This document shows, in pieces, positions 41,552-50,433 of a stretch of DNA of 64,000 nt. The notes beneath the pieces are model-generated. The model searched no databases. It worked only from the letters and a program-made list of their open reading frames with translations, and was not told where the DNA came from. Every line of letters starts with the position of its first letter. The first letter of the stretch is position 1. This stretch comes from an uncultured delta proteobacterium (lineage in GTDB: Bacteria > Myxococcota_A > Polyangia > Polyangiales > Polyangiaceae), in NCBI GenBank assembly GCA_963841435.1, contig CAWJCS010000006.1, positions 1,056,001-1,120,000 on the forward strand. The letters are read 5' to 3'. Made by a program: the position numbers and the translations under genes.

Positions 41552-41832
41552 GGCGCACCCGTGGGCGCGGTCGCGGCGAGCACCTTCATGCTGAACACTT
41601 CCAGGTCGCGGCCACGCGCCAAGGCGACGTCGAAGCGCTGAACGCGCACGAGATCCATCAGCACGGCGACCGCGATCGCGTTGAGACTTGGCCCGGGGAC
41701 GTGCGCGGCGAGGGCCGCGACGCGATCGATCGCACTCTCTAACAGCGCGTTGCGAGCGCGTTCGGAGTCGAGGCGCGAGGCCGCGCTTTCCGTAACGCAC
41801 TGCTCGAGCTCGGCGCGGGTATCTGTTTTCAC
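41548..41832 (-). CDS. Hypothetical protein (94 aa)
   Basis: Coupled at both ends by 4-bp overlaps. Confidence 0.55.
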   Translation of the reverse strand: MKTDTRAELEQCVTESAASRLDSERARNALLESAIDRVAALAAHVPGPSLNAIAVAVLMDLVRVQRFDVALARGRDLEVFSMKVLAATAPTGAP

Positions 41833-42428
41833 TTTGGGTTCAGCCTCTCGTAACGCTCAGTCAGAAATCGCTCATTCATCGCCGTAGCGCGCTCGTGCTT
41901 TTCGGTGAGCGCTGCCAAGCGCCCGCGCAAGTTCTCGTCGGCGTGAGCTTGCGCGCGAACGCGGTCGAGAAGCTCCGCGTGCGCTTTCGTGCCCCATTCT
42001 AGTTCACGTTTCGCCGCGGCCTCGGGGCGCGGCGTGAGCGAGTCGATCGCTTGTAGCAAGGCGGTGTTCGTCGCGATGAGGCGCGACACGGAAGCGGCCG
42101 CGCGCGCCTCACTGCCAGCGAACGGGAGCAGCTCGTCAATCGCCGCTTGGACGCCGCGCTGGTTTCGGCGCATGCCTTCCAGGCCGCCGTCCTCGATCGC
42201 CGCGGCCGCGGCGTGTTCGAGCTCGGCCACGGGCGCGGAAGGCCGGGCAGCGGCGGCGGGGGGCTTGGGCGTGCGCCGCTTCCCCAAATGACGGCTGAGC
42301 GTGGCCGCCGACACGTGCACGCCTTCCGCCGCCAGGCGCCGCCGGACCTCGGCCAAGCTCCGGCCGCCGCCCACATGCCGCGCGAGCGCCGCGATTACAT
42401 CGTCGGTCAGTACGGTAGGGCGGGCCAC
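41829..42428 (-). CDS. HTH + coiled-coil protein, candidate terminase small subunit
   Basis: MARPTVLTDDVIAALARHVGGGRSLAEVRRRL...VSAATLSRHL resembles TerS N-terminal HTH domains; helical C-terminus. Confidence 0.45.
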   Translation of the reverse strand: MARPTVLTDDVIAALARHVGGGRSLAEVRRRLAAEGVHVSAATLSRHLGKRRTPKPPAAAARPSAPVAELEHAAAAAIEDGGLEGMRRNQRGVQAAIDELLPFAGSEARAAASVSRLIATNTALLQAIDSLTPRPEAAAKRELEWGTKAHAELLDRVRAQAHADENLRGRLAALTEKHERATAMNERFLTERYERLNPK

Positions 42429-42813
42429 CCTACATGGTATCACGTAGTTTCTGAACGTTCAAAACGTAGTGAAAGCTCCGCGAGCACGGCCGACGCGATT
42501 TGCGCCGCGATCGTGGCGATCCGCGGGGGTTTCGCACGGAAACGCGCGCAGAATTTGCAAAAACGAACGCAGAGGCGTCAGGTCTTGCAAGTGAGGGTGG
42601 ACTATATACCCCCTCAACGGAACCCAGGGCCGCTATACGCGACTTGGGCGCGAGCGCCAACGTGGGCGACTTGAGGCGCGCTCGCGGGCGAGGCGCAAAC
42701 CTTGCGCGTTGATACATTCAAGAGAGCGGCACGGCACGGCGCGGCGCGGGCGAGCTCGCGTGGTCGGGCGGGCTCGTTGCCGGGCGCGGGTACGCGCGTG
42801 GCGGCCAGGGGCA

Positions 42814-42953
42814 CGGCGGCGGGCGTGGCGCGGGGCGGGGCGGGGCGGGCGGGCGGGCGGGCGTGGCGCGGGCGCGGGCGTGGCGTGGCGCGGGGCGGGC
42901 GGGCGTGGCGCGGGGCGGGCGGGCGTGGCGCGGCGCGGGCTCGGGCGGCGGCC
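42814..42953 (+). repeat. G-rich low-complexity tract with 20-bp repeats and G-quadruplex potential
   Basis: 140 nt with no A; GGGGCGGGGCGGGGCGGGCGGGCGGGCGGG at 42832-42861; GGGCGTGGCGCGGGGCGGGC-like units. Confidence 0.8.
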
Positions 42954-43053
42954 AGGACCAGGCCCACACGAGCAGCGGCGGGCGGCGGCACCCACAAGCG
43001 CGGCCCGCGGGTGGAATCGATCGTTCTCCACTCCCGCGCGGCGGCAAGGCCCG

Positions 43054-43230
43054 CAGCAAGGCACACCCTTAGGTGTGTGCCTGCTTGCTGCAGAGAGCCT
43101 GGGTCTAGCAGCAAGAAAGCAGAAAGAAAGCCCGCTAAAACAGCAAGACACAGCAAGAAAGCAGCAAGCGATTCCTTGCTGCAAAACACGGCGTTTCTTT
43201 CTGCTTTTGAACCACCGGCCGGACAGCAAG
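43054..43230. other. Putative replication origin with CAGCAAG iterons
   Basis: CAGCAAG at 43054, 43109, 43141, 43151, 43162, 43224 and inverted at 43084, 43175; A-rich; directly downstream of the primase-helicase gene. Confidence 0.7.
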
Positions 43231-43239
43231 GAAATCCGC

Positions 43240-45369
43240 TCACGCTACCCGCACCGGCCGCGCGAACCGACCGATCGTCTTGGTGCCGGCGATAGCGTCG
43301 CGCACGTCCGTGTCGGGCGCCGCGGCGCCGGTCTCGGTCAGGGCTATCGCACCCATTGTGCGCACGGCGAATTTGGCGTCCACGAGGCGCGCCACGGCGC
43401 GCTCGGCTGGCCGAGTGCCCTCGCCGCCGGCCGATACGAGATCGCGCGTGGCATGGTTCTGGTTGTCGCGGAGCACGTCCCAAATACGATGGCCGGCCGC
43501 GATCGTCTTGGCCTGCGCCTCTTGGGTGCGGCGCTCGTCTTGCGGTCGCTTGCCCACGGCCTCGCTAGGCTTTGCCGTGCGCGCGACGCGTAGCGCCTTC
43601 CCGGTCGGAGCACCCTCGCATGGCGCATCCGTGAACTGGACGCGGAACGGCGCGAACGCCTTGCGCACCTCTCGCGAGCACGACACGTCGATCACGGTAC
43701 GATCGTCGCTCGTGCGCTCGAGACTGATGGCCGCTTGCACGGCCGCGGGCGCCGAGTTGTGGCCGCTCATCTTGTGGAGCCCGGTCGCGCTCGTACTCTT
43801 GTTTTCGTGTAAGAGCGCGACGATCAGCGCGCCGGTCACGTCGCTCACCTTGCCGAGTTCCTTTAGCCAGTGCGCGAACTTGTTGGAGTTATGCTCGATG
43901 TCGCCGGGCAACGAGGAGCCGTACGTGTCGATCGCAACGAAGCCGATCCGTTGTTCTTCGATGTACGCCGCGAGGTCGTCTAGAAATCCGTTCGTGGCGA
44001 CCGACGAATCGACGTGCATGAAGTGCAGCGGCACCGCGGCACGGTCGAGCCCGAGGCCTGCGCACAGTCGCGCTTCGCGCTCCTCGGTTAGGGTGCCGCC
44101 CTCGAACGCCAGAAACAGCGCGTTGCGTTGCTTCACGTCGAACCCGAGGAACGGCTTGCCGGCCGCAACGCAGATCGACATGAGCAGCGCGAACGGCGTC
44201 TTTGCCACGTTCGCGAACGCCTGAATCGCGCTCACCTTGCCCGGAGCGAGGTCGAGCCCCTCGATCACGTACTCGAGCGGGTCAGGCAGCTTGGAGCGGT
44301 CCGCCATGCGCCCGTGGCGCAGTAAGCCCGCGGGCGTTCCCTGCTCGGGTGGCGCGTGCGCACTCGAGGCGCCGTCGTCATCGTGCGCGGCGCGTTCGCG
44401 TGCCGCGGCGCCGTGCCGCGCGAGCGCGCTCGAGACGCCGCGTAGCGCGTCACGTTCCGTGGCCACGTGCGCGCACGCACGTTCCGCGGCGCGGCGCAGC
44501 TTTTCGCGCCCGCCGGCTTCCGTCACCCAAGGCGGCGCGCATAGTGGATCCCACACGTCGGCGAGCACGCGATCGGTCGCGTCCACGTCGCAATCGAGCT
44601 CCGCGGCGAGGCGTATCGCCGCGCGGTTCATGGCGTCGTCGCCGCCGTGGTGAGAGACACTGACGGGCAGCACGCACGCGAGCGCGTGCGCGCGCGCGAG
44701 GCGCGCGTCATTTGCGGGCGCGTCCGGGTCGCGTGGCGTGCTCGAGCTCGCCTTGCTTGCGTCGCGGTCGAGTGCATCGCACCACCCGGCCGGTAGTGCC
44801 GTGATCTCCTGGACGATAGTCCACGCGTATTCACCCTTCGCGGAGCGTGACGGAGCCACGACGATTTGCCCGCCCTGCGATCGCAAGTCGATGCCCGCGA
44901 TCTTGCGGACGTTGTTCTTGGGGAGCGCTCGCACGGCCGGCCACTCGTAGATCCGGTGCTGCCCGCCGCCGCCCGTACGCGCCGTGAGCGTCGCCGGCAA
45001 GGCGCCTAACTGCGCTTCCGCGCGCGCGAGCGCGCCGGGCTCGTCCTCGTCGAGCGCTACAAGCAAGCGCCCATCCGGCTGCGCGCCCATGCGCAAACCG
45101 ACGTTGCCGCCGCGATCGATCCACGCGTCTACCGCGGCCGCGTCCACGGGCGCGGTTTGCCAGCCCTTGGCGATCGGTATCTTGCCGCCCTTGTGGATGC
45201 AGATCGGCGCGAGGCCTATGTCGGCATACTTCGCGGCGATGGACGACGGCGCCCCGTTGCGCGTCTCGCTCTCCGGCACGGCCGCCCCAGACGCGGGCTT
45301 GATTGCGGGGGCTTGCTTACGGGCGGATTTATGGGATGATTTCATGGTCTGTTTCGTTTCTGTTTTCAC
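43240..45369 (-). CDS. Bifunctional primase-polymerase (Prim-Pol) fused to an AAA_25/RepA-like helicase
   Basis: GNVGLRMG, LVALDED, TARTGGGGQHRIY, IDLRSQGGQIVVAPS; C-terminal P-loop AFANVAKT, FLAFEG, Walker B FVAIDT, LLHENK. Confidence 0.88.
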   Translation of the reverse strand: MKTETKQTMKSSHKSARKQAPAIKPASGAAVPESETRNGAPSSIAAKYADIGLAPICIHKGGKIPIAKGWQTAPVDAAAVDAWIDRGGNVGLRMGAQPDGRLLVALDEDEPGALARAEAQLGALPATLTARTGGGGQHRIYEWPAVRALPKNNVRKIAGIDLRSQGGQIVVAPSRSAKGEYAWTIVQEITALPAGWCDALDRDASKASSSTPRDPDAPANDARLARAHALACVLPVSVSHHGGDDAMNRAAIRLAAELDCDVDATDRVLADVWDPLCAPPWVTEAGGREKLRRAAERACAHVATERDALRGVSSALARHGAAARERAAHDDDGASSAHAPPEQGTPAGLLRHGRMADRSKLPDPLEYVIEGLDLAPGKVSAIQAFANVAKTPFALLMSICVAAGKPFLGFDVKQRNALFLAFEGGTLTEEREARLCAGLGLDRAAVPLHFMHVDSSVATNGFLDDLAAYIEEQRIGFVAIDTYGSSLPGDIEHNSNKFAHWLKELGKVSDVTGALIVALLHENKSTSATGLHKMSGHNSAPAAVQAAISLERTSDDRTVIDVSCSREVRKAFAPFRVQFTDAPCEGAPTGKALRVARTAKPSEAVGKRPQDERRTQEAQAKTIAAGHRIWDVLRDNQNHATRDLVSAGGEGTRPAERAVARLVDAKFAVRTMGAIALTETGAAAPDTDVRDAIAGTKTIGRFARPVRVA

Positions 45370-45458
45370 GCGATCGGTCTGAGCGGCGCCGCCTCCACGG
45401 CGCCGTTCGCTATTTGGGGTTCACTTGCGCGTAGGTTTTTCGGGGAACGGACGCGCTC

Positions 45459-45695
45459 TCACGGCGTCACCCGTGCCGCGGCCTTGCGGCGCGCTCGCGC
45501 TCGCGTCGCACGCACGGCGCCGATCGGCGCGGCTTCAATGATCGCGTCGATATCGGCGCGGCGCACGAGCACGCGACGCCCGGGTTTGAACGCCGGGAGC
45601 TTGCCGAGCTTGATCCAATATCGAAGCGTCTCGAGACAGACGGGGTAACGCTGGGTGATCTGGTCTAGGGTTTCATAGCCAACGGGCACGCTCAT
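45459..45695 (-). CDS. Excisionase-like HTH (HTH_17) protein
   Basis: ETLRYWIKLGKLPAFKPGRRVLVRRADID; divergent from the integrase. Confidence 0.88.
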   Translation of the reverse strand: MSVPVGYETLDQITQRYPVCLETLRYWIKLGKLPAFKPGRRVLVRRADIDAIIEAAPIGAVRATRARARRKAAARVTP

Positions 45696-45964
45696 GAGAA
45701 AACTCGCTTCCCGGCAAAGCCGGGTGTCGTTTTCCCGTGGCGCGCATTCGACGTTGACCGCTGCTCCCTTGGCCCGGCGTTTTGAGATTCCGGAGGAGCC
45801 GGCTCCCCCACCAGCCTCGGGGGAGCTCTATCGCACTGCGCGCCCGCCCATTCGGCATCAATGGGACGGGCAGTCTTGTTTGGTTTTTCGCTCGGATCAT
45901 CCCGAGCACACCCCAAGCGTGAACCGAGATCCCACCGGTGGCAAGTCGAGGTACTCTCGCGGCC

Positions 45965-47104
45965 ATGCCCCGCCCTTCCCGCTCTGGCATTCGTGGTCTC
46001 TACCGCGACGCGGACGGCCGGTACCGGATCGATCTTCGTTACACGGACCCCGCGGGCGTCGAGCGTCGCCACAAGGAACGGCTCCCCGAGGGTACGCCCG
46101 CGCTCGCGGCGCGTGCACGGGCGACGGACGTGCTTACGATGGCGCTCGCCGGCAAGCTGCACGAACGCGGCGAGGACGCACCCACGGGGCTTCGGTCCGC
46201 GTTCGACGAGTATCGGCGGCTCACGGCGCCCGCGAACCCGAAGCAACGTGAGCGCCACTGCAAGGTGCTCCTCGCCGCGTTCGGCGACGTGGCCTTGGCC
46301 GAAGTGAACGAGCTCGCGATCGAGCGTTTCAAGCGTGCCCGCGCTACCGGCAAGTCGCCGAGCACGGTCAATCGCGAGCTGCAGACTTTGCGGCATTTCC
46401 TGAATTGCGCCGTGGAATGGCGCTGGCTCGAGGCGCGCCCCAAGGTGCGCATGTTCAAGGAACCGCCCGGCCGCGTTCGCTGGCTTTCGGACGGCGAGCG
46501 AGCGAGGCTCTATGGTGCGTTGCCCGCCCGGTTCAAGCGCGTCGTGCTCGCGGCGGCGCTGTCAGGGCAACGGCTCGCCAACGTGATCGGCATGCGACGG
46601 GCGGACGTGGACACCGCGGCGCGCAGCATTTCGATCCCTAAGACGAAATCGGGGAAGCGTCACGACGTACCCATGTCCGACGCGCTCGCGGTCGTGATCG
46701 CGGAAGCCATCGCGGACGGCGACGCGCAAGCCAAGCGGCGCGAGGTCGATCCCCCGGCGCACGTGTTCGTTTCGCGCTTCGGGAAGCCTTACACGTCGAG
46801 CGGCGTCTCGGGTCTGTTCCGCAAGTGCGTCGCCGATGCCGCCGTGAAGGACTTCCGCTTTCACGACTTGCGGCATGACTTCGCGACCCGCGTCCGTCGT
46901 GCGGGGCATGGGCTCGACGTGGTCCAGGCCCTCTTGGGTCACTCGACGCCGGCCATGACGGCGCGCTACGCGCACATTGGACGGTCGGAACTACACGAGG
47001 CGGTCAGCGCCGTTGCGGCTAGGGCAGGCGGCGAAAAGTCACGCGACGTTGCCCCCGGACTGCCCCCGGGTAGAGTGCAACGACGCGCGAAGCGGCGTAA
47101 ATAA
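45965..47104 (+). CDS. int: Tyrosine recombinase / phage integrase
   Basis: TVNREL, SGQR, KTKSGK, FHDLRH, LLGH, TARYAH (catalytic R-K-H-R-H-Y all present); ends 22 bp before attR. Confidence 0.96.
   Translation: MPRPSRSGIRGLYRDADGRYRIDLRYTDPAGVERRHKERLPEGTPALAARARATDVLTMALAGKLHERGEDAPTGLRSAFDEYRRLTAPANPKQRERHCKVLLAAFGDVALAEVNELAIERFKRARATGKSPSTVNRELQTLRHFLNCAVEWRWLEARPKVRMFKEPPGRVRWLSDGERARLYGALPARFKRVVLAAALSGQRLANVIGMRRADVDTAARSISIPKTKSGKRHDVPMSDALAVVIAEAIADGDAQAKRREVDPPAHVFVSRFGKPYTSSGVSGLFRKCVADAAVKDFRFHDLRHDFATRVRRAGHGLDVVQALLGHSTPAMTARYAHIGRSELHEAVSAVAARAGGEKSRDVAPGLPPGRVQRRAKRRK
47045..47070 (+). repeat. Putative integrase arm-type sites, right (inside the integrase 3' end)
   Basis: GACGTTGCCCCCGGACTGCCCCCGGG. 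Confidence 0.75.
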
Positions 47105-47125
47105 AGCCGTCTCGTGCGATGACTT

Positions 47126-47174
47126 GGCGGCTGTTAACCGCCGGGTCCCTGGTTCGAGTCCAGGCTCTGGAGCC
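47126..47174 (+). repeat. attR core (displaced 3' half of tRNA-Asn, followed by A to give CCA)
   Basis: Identical to 36410-36458. Confidence 0.95.
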
Positions 47175-47203
47175 ATTTACGGCGGTCCACCAAAAGGTGG
47201 GCC

Positions 47204-48462
47204 TGTGTTGGCTACTTCGCCGATCCGCACGCGCGGGGGCCGCGTCGCACGGCGTCGCGGAGCACTACGCCGCCCGCCGGTAGTGGTGATGCAGTCCACC
47301 AAGGACCGGAATTGCGCTGACCGTGCCCGTCGCCCGTTCTTCGACCGTCGCCGAACCCACAGGGACCCGTTGCTTCAGGCCCTGATGCGGTCGGCTCGCG
47401 TTGAAGTAGGCGACATACTCACCCAGGGTGGCCTCGAGGTGACGAGTTCCGAGGATGATGATGTGGTCGAGACACTCGCGTCGCACCGAACCGAGGAACC
47501 GCTCGCAGGTGGCGTTGACCAGCGGCGAGCGTACAGGGCACTTGAGGACGCGAGTGCCGGCGCCGCGAGCTGCGCGATCGAAGTCGGCGCCGAATTTGCT
47601 GTCTCGATCGCGAATGATGAACTCCGGCCCCTGACCGAATGGAGTGGCGTTGCGCAGTTGTTGGGCGACCCAGGTCCTCGTGGGGGAGCGAGTGACTCCC
47701 ACGTGAACGACGCGCTTCGTGTTCACATCAACGATGAAGAACGCGAAGATGGGCAGGAACCATACGTCGTGGAGCTGCAAGAAGTCGCAAGCCCAGACCG
47801 TGTGGTTCTGGAGGAAGGTGCGCCAGGACTGTCCGTCGCCCGGTGGGCGCGGTGCTCGAAGGTGGCGCTGAATCGTGCGCTTGGAGACGTGAATGCCGAG
47901 CTTCAAGAGCTCACCCCGGATACGCTCGGCGCCCCAGAGCCGATTCGCTCTCGCCATGCGCTGGATCAGCTCAATCGTGGATCCGGCGACGCGTGGCGGC
48001 GCGGCTCGCCGACGTTTCGACTTCCACTTCCACAGAAGTCTGAAGCCTTCGCGATGCCAGCGCAGGACGGTGGTCGGGCTCACGATGAGGGTCGCGTCCC
48101 GCCAGGTTCGACAGAGCGAGCTCACGAGCACCATCAGGGCGCGGTCAGTTGTTGTGAGCTGCGGACGGCGCGCGGTTCGCCGGGCGACGATGAGCTGCTG
48201 TCGGAGAAGAGCATTCTCGGCGAGCAGCTGGGCGCGAGTACGGAACGCATCGCGCGCGAGACCGGCCGCGGCGGAGGTGGGGCGCAGCGCATCTAGCACC
48301 GCGTCGCGCAAGTGGCCGGTAGCGGTTCGGAGCGCGGCGGTCAGCGCGGAAAGCACGGCCCGATTTTCGCGCGGTGCGTGGACGAAGAACAAGACTGGTA
48401 GTTCCGCGACGAAACTGGCTAGCTCTGCAGCGGTTAGATTCGTGTTGAGTGTTTCGTAAACA
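47204..48462 (-). mobile_element. IS481-like insertion sequence
   Basis: Ends TGT...ACA (inside GCCTGT/ACAGGC) around a single rve transposase; no target duplication seen. Confidence 0.7.
47265..48356 (-). CDS. DDE transposase (integrase core domain)
   Basis: WGAERIRGEL, WACDF, IIRDRDSKF, NATCERFLGSVRRECLD, FNASRPHQGL motifs. Confidence 0.92.
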   Translation of the reverse strand: MLSALTAALRTATGHLRDAVLDALRPTSAAAGLARDAFRTRAQLLAENALLRQQLIVARRTARRPQLTTTDRALMVLVSSLCRTWRDATLIVSPTTVLRWHREGFRLLWKWKSKRRRAAPPRVAGSTIELIQRMARANRLWGAERIRGELLKLGIHVSKRTIQRHLRAPRPPGDGQSWRTFLQNHTVWACDFLQLHDVWFLPIFAFFIVDVNTKRVVHVGVTRSPTRTWVAQQLRNATPFGQGPEFIIRDRDSKFGADFDRAARGAGTRVLKCPVRSPLVNATCERFLGSVRRECLDHIIILGTRHLEATLGEYVAYFNASRPHQGLKQRVPVGSATVEERATGTVSAIPVLGGLHHHYRRAA

Positions 48463-48465
48463 GGC

Positions 48466-49117
48466 AACAGCCTTCCCGCGCGAGAGCGCGTCGAGCTTCT
48501 CGAGGAGCGTCACCAATGGGTGCACGCACCGCACGGCGCGCGGTCGGTTGTCGGTGTATCCGCCGAGTTGGTCGCGCCGCTCCAGCCAATCGTGGACGAA
48601 CGAGCTGAGGGGCTTCTCGACGAAGGGCACCACGCGCGCGCGGCCGATCTCGAAGAACACGTAGGGGCTCATCGCCTCTGAGAGCTGGTCGAGCAGCACG
48701 CCCGGGTATCGGCCCACAAGGTTGATCCCGCGCGCGTACTTGTCCTGCGCCTTCTCGTCGATCTCCACCTTCACGGAGGGGATGGAGAACGCGCCAGGGA
48801 GCGCCTCGTAGAAGGCGCGCCTCGCCGCGATCGGCCCCTTGTTCACGCTGGTCCAGTTGGCGACGGCGGGCAGGCCCGTGACGGTCCCGTGCTGGACCAT
48901 CAAGTCGAGATCTTCGGAGAAGCGCTGGATGACGCCGTAGCCCTTCGAGAGGCTGGTGCCACCCTTGAACCAGAGTTCGAGCCCCGTCTGGTGCAGGGCC
49001 CACATGCAGTGCGTGACCCAGTAGTCCTTCTCAACCAAACGAAGGGTCGATGCGCGTTTCGCCTGCGACGAGCCGCAGCACCTGCACGAAGTCAGGGTCA
49101 TCGTGGACGAAGCTCAC
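48466..49117 (-). pseudogene. AbiEii-family nucleotidyltransferase toxin, frameshifted near 49040 and 3'-truncated at the IS
   Basis: VSFVHDDPDF...LVEKDYWVTH...FKGGTSLSKGYGVIQRFSEDLDL...TLLEKLDALS, then the IS end. Confidence 0.85.
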
Positions 49118-49245
49118 GTGCCGTGCGCCTCCCTCGAACCCACTCGCGGATCGCCCTGCAAGCCTCGTCAACGGGGATGCGCGGCCCCCAGAACTTCCCC
49201 AGTTGCGCGCCAGCGTTTGCTCGACCACCGTGGCACGAGCCAGCT

Positions 49246-49381
49246 CGACTTCACTAAAACCGCCTGGTTCACGTGAGCGGTAGACCTAGGTTTTTTAGTG
49301 AAGTCGCCGCGTTGGCCGGGCAGCAAGGTTTACTGAAATAGGCTTGCTTCACCTTCGGGTGAACTCATGCTATTTAGTGAA
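49246..49381. promoter_or_regulatory. Two inverted repeats upstream of abiEi (putative autoregulatory operators)
   Basis: CGACTTCACTAAAA (49246) / TTTTAGTGAAGTCG (49293); TTTACTGAAATAG (49329) / CTATTTAGTGAA (49370). Confidence 0.65.
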
Positions 49382-49383
49382 GC

Positions 49384-50433
49384 ATGGCCGTTCGACCTAA
49401 GGAAAAGCAGCTCGTTGCGGAAGTTCCCGCGGCGCTGGCGAGCCTCCTGGACGTACCCCAGGAGGACGTGAACGTCGAGGCTGGGAGCGAGGCTGACCTG
49501 CTCGTGAGCGCGGCTGGGCACTCCTTCGTGGTCGAGGTGCTCGGTGCCGCGTCGCCTGGTGCGCTGGCGGCCCACGCCTCGCAGGTGGCCGCTGCTGCCC
49601 GCCGCCAGGGTCGAAAGGCAGTGCCGCTCCTGGTGGTGCCCTTCATGAGCGACGCGGGGCGCAGGGTCTGCGAGGCCGCGAGCATCCCGTGGTTCGACCT
49701 CAGCGGGAACGCGCACATCGTCGCGCCCGGCATCCGGATCATCGTCGACGGGCGGCCCAATCGCTTCCGTGGGCCGGGCCGCCCAGCGAGCATCTTTGCG
49801 CCCAAGAGCGCACGCGTCGTGCGCTGGCTGCTCGAGAACGAAGGTCGCCCCCTCACGCAGCGGGAGATCGCGCGCGCGACCGACATGACCGACGGCTTCG
49901 TCAGCCGCATCGCTTCTCGTCTTGAGGATGAGAGCTACGTCGTACGCGAAGCAAGCGGCGCGCTCCGCGTGAAGGACCCGGCGCTCCTTCTCGATGCGTG
50001 GCGCGACGAGTACCGCTTCGACAAGCATGTGCTCCTCCAGGGGCACGTCGCCGCGCGCTCGGGTGACGCGCTCGCCCGCTTCGTCGGCGACACGCTCGCG
50101 GAGGGCTCGGTCGAGCACGCAGCCACCGGCCTCGCAGCGGCTTGGCAGATGACGCACTTCGCTGCGTTTCGCATCGCGACGTTCTTCCTCGCCGAGTCCC
50201 CCTCGAAGGAGCTGCGTGAGAAGCTCGGCTTCCGCGAGGACGCCCGCGGTGCGAACCTCTGGCTCGTGCTTCCGAGCGATGCCGGCGTGTTCCACGGAGC
50301 CGAGACACAGGGCGGCCTGCGCTGCGTCCACCCAGTGCAGGCCTACGTCGATCTCAAGGCGCACCCCGAGCGCGCGACAGAAGCGGCCGAGCGTCTGCGA
50401 AGCGAGCTGCTGAGCTGGAGGCATGATGGCTGA
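49384..50433 (+). CDS. Type IV TA AbiEi-family antitoxin / transcriptional regulator
   Basis: WFDLSGNAHI, LTQREIARAT...FVSRI HTH, LLDAW, HPVQAYVDL...ERATEAAERL motifs. Confidence 0.8.
   Translation: MAVRPKEKQLVAEVPAALASLLDVPQEDVNVEAGSEADLLVSAAGHSFVVEVLGAASPGALAAHASQVAAAARRQGRKAVPLLVVPFMSDAGRRVCEAASIPWFDLSGNAHIVAPGIRIIVDGRPNRFRGPGRPASIFAPKSARVVRWLLENEGRPLTQREIARATDMTDGFVSRIASRLEDESYVVREASGALRVKDPALLLDAWRDEYRFDKHVLLQGHVAARSGDALARFVGDTLAEGSVEHAATGLAAAWQMTHFAAFRIATFFLAESPSKELREKLGFREDARGANLWLVLPSDAGVFHGAETQGGLRCVHPVQAYVDLKAHPERATEAAERLRSELLSWRHDG

Larger units (their letters stand above)
36410..47174. mobile_element. 10.7-kb integrative element (phage-satellite / PICI-like) inserted in tRNA-Asn
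   Basis: Identical 49-bp direct repeats at 36410-36458 and 47126-47174; contains integrase, excisionase, primase-helicase and iterons; no recognisable virion genes. Confidence 0.9.

Noticed and set aside
42614-43593. Several Arg/Pro/Ala-rich ORFs across the G-rich tract and origin
   Set aside because: Low-complexity translations of non-coding repeats.
36410-47174. Full prophage or ICE
   Set aside because: Too small, and no capsid, portal, large terminase, tail, lysis, relaxase or T4SS genes were recognised.
46977-48296. 439-aa plus-strand ORF across attR
   Set aside because: Antisense shadow of the IS transposase.
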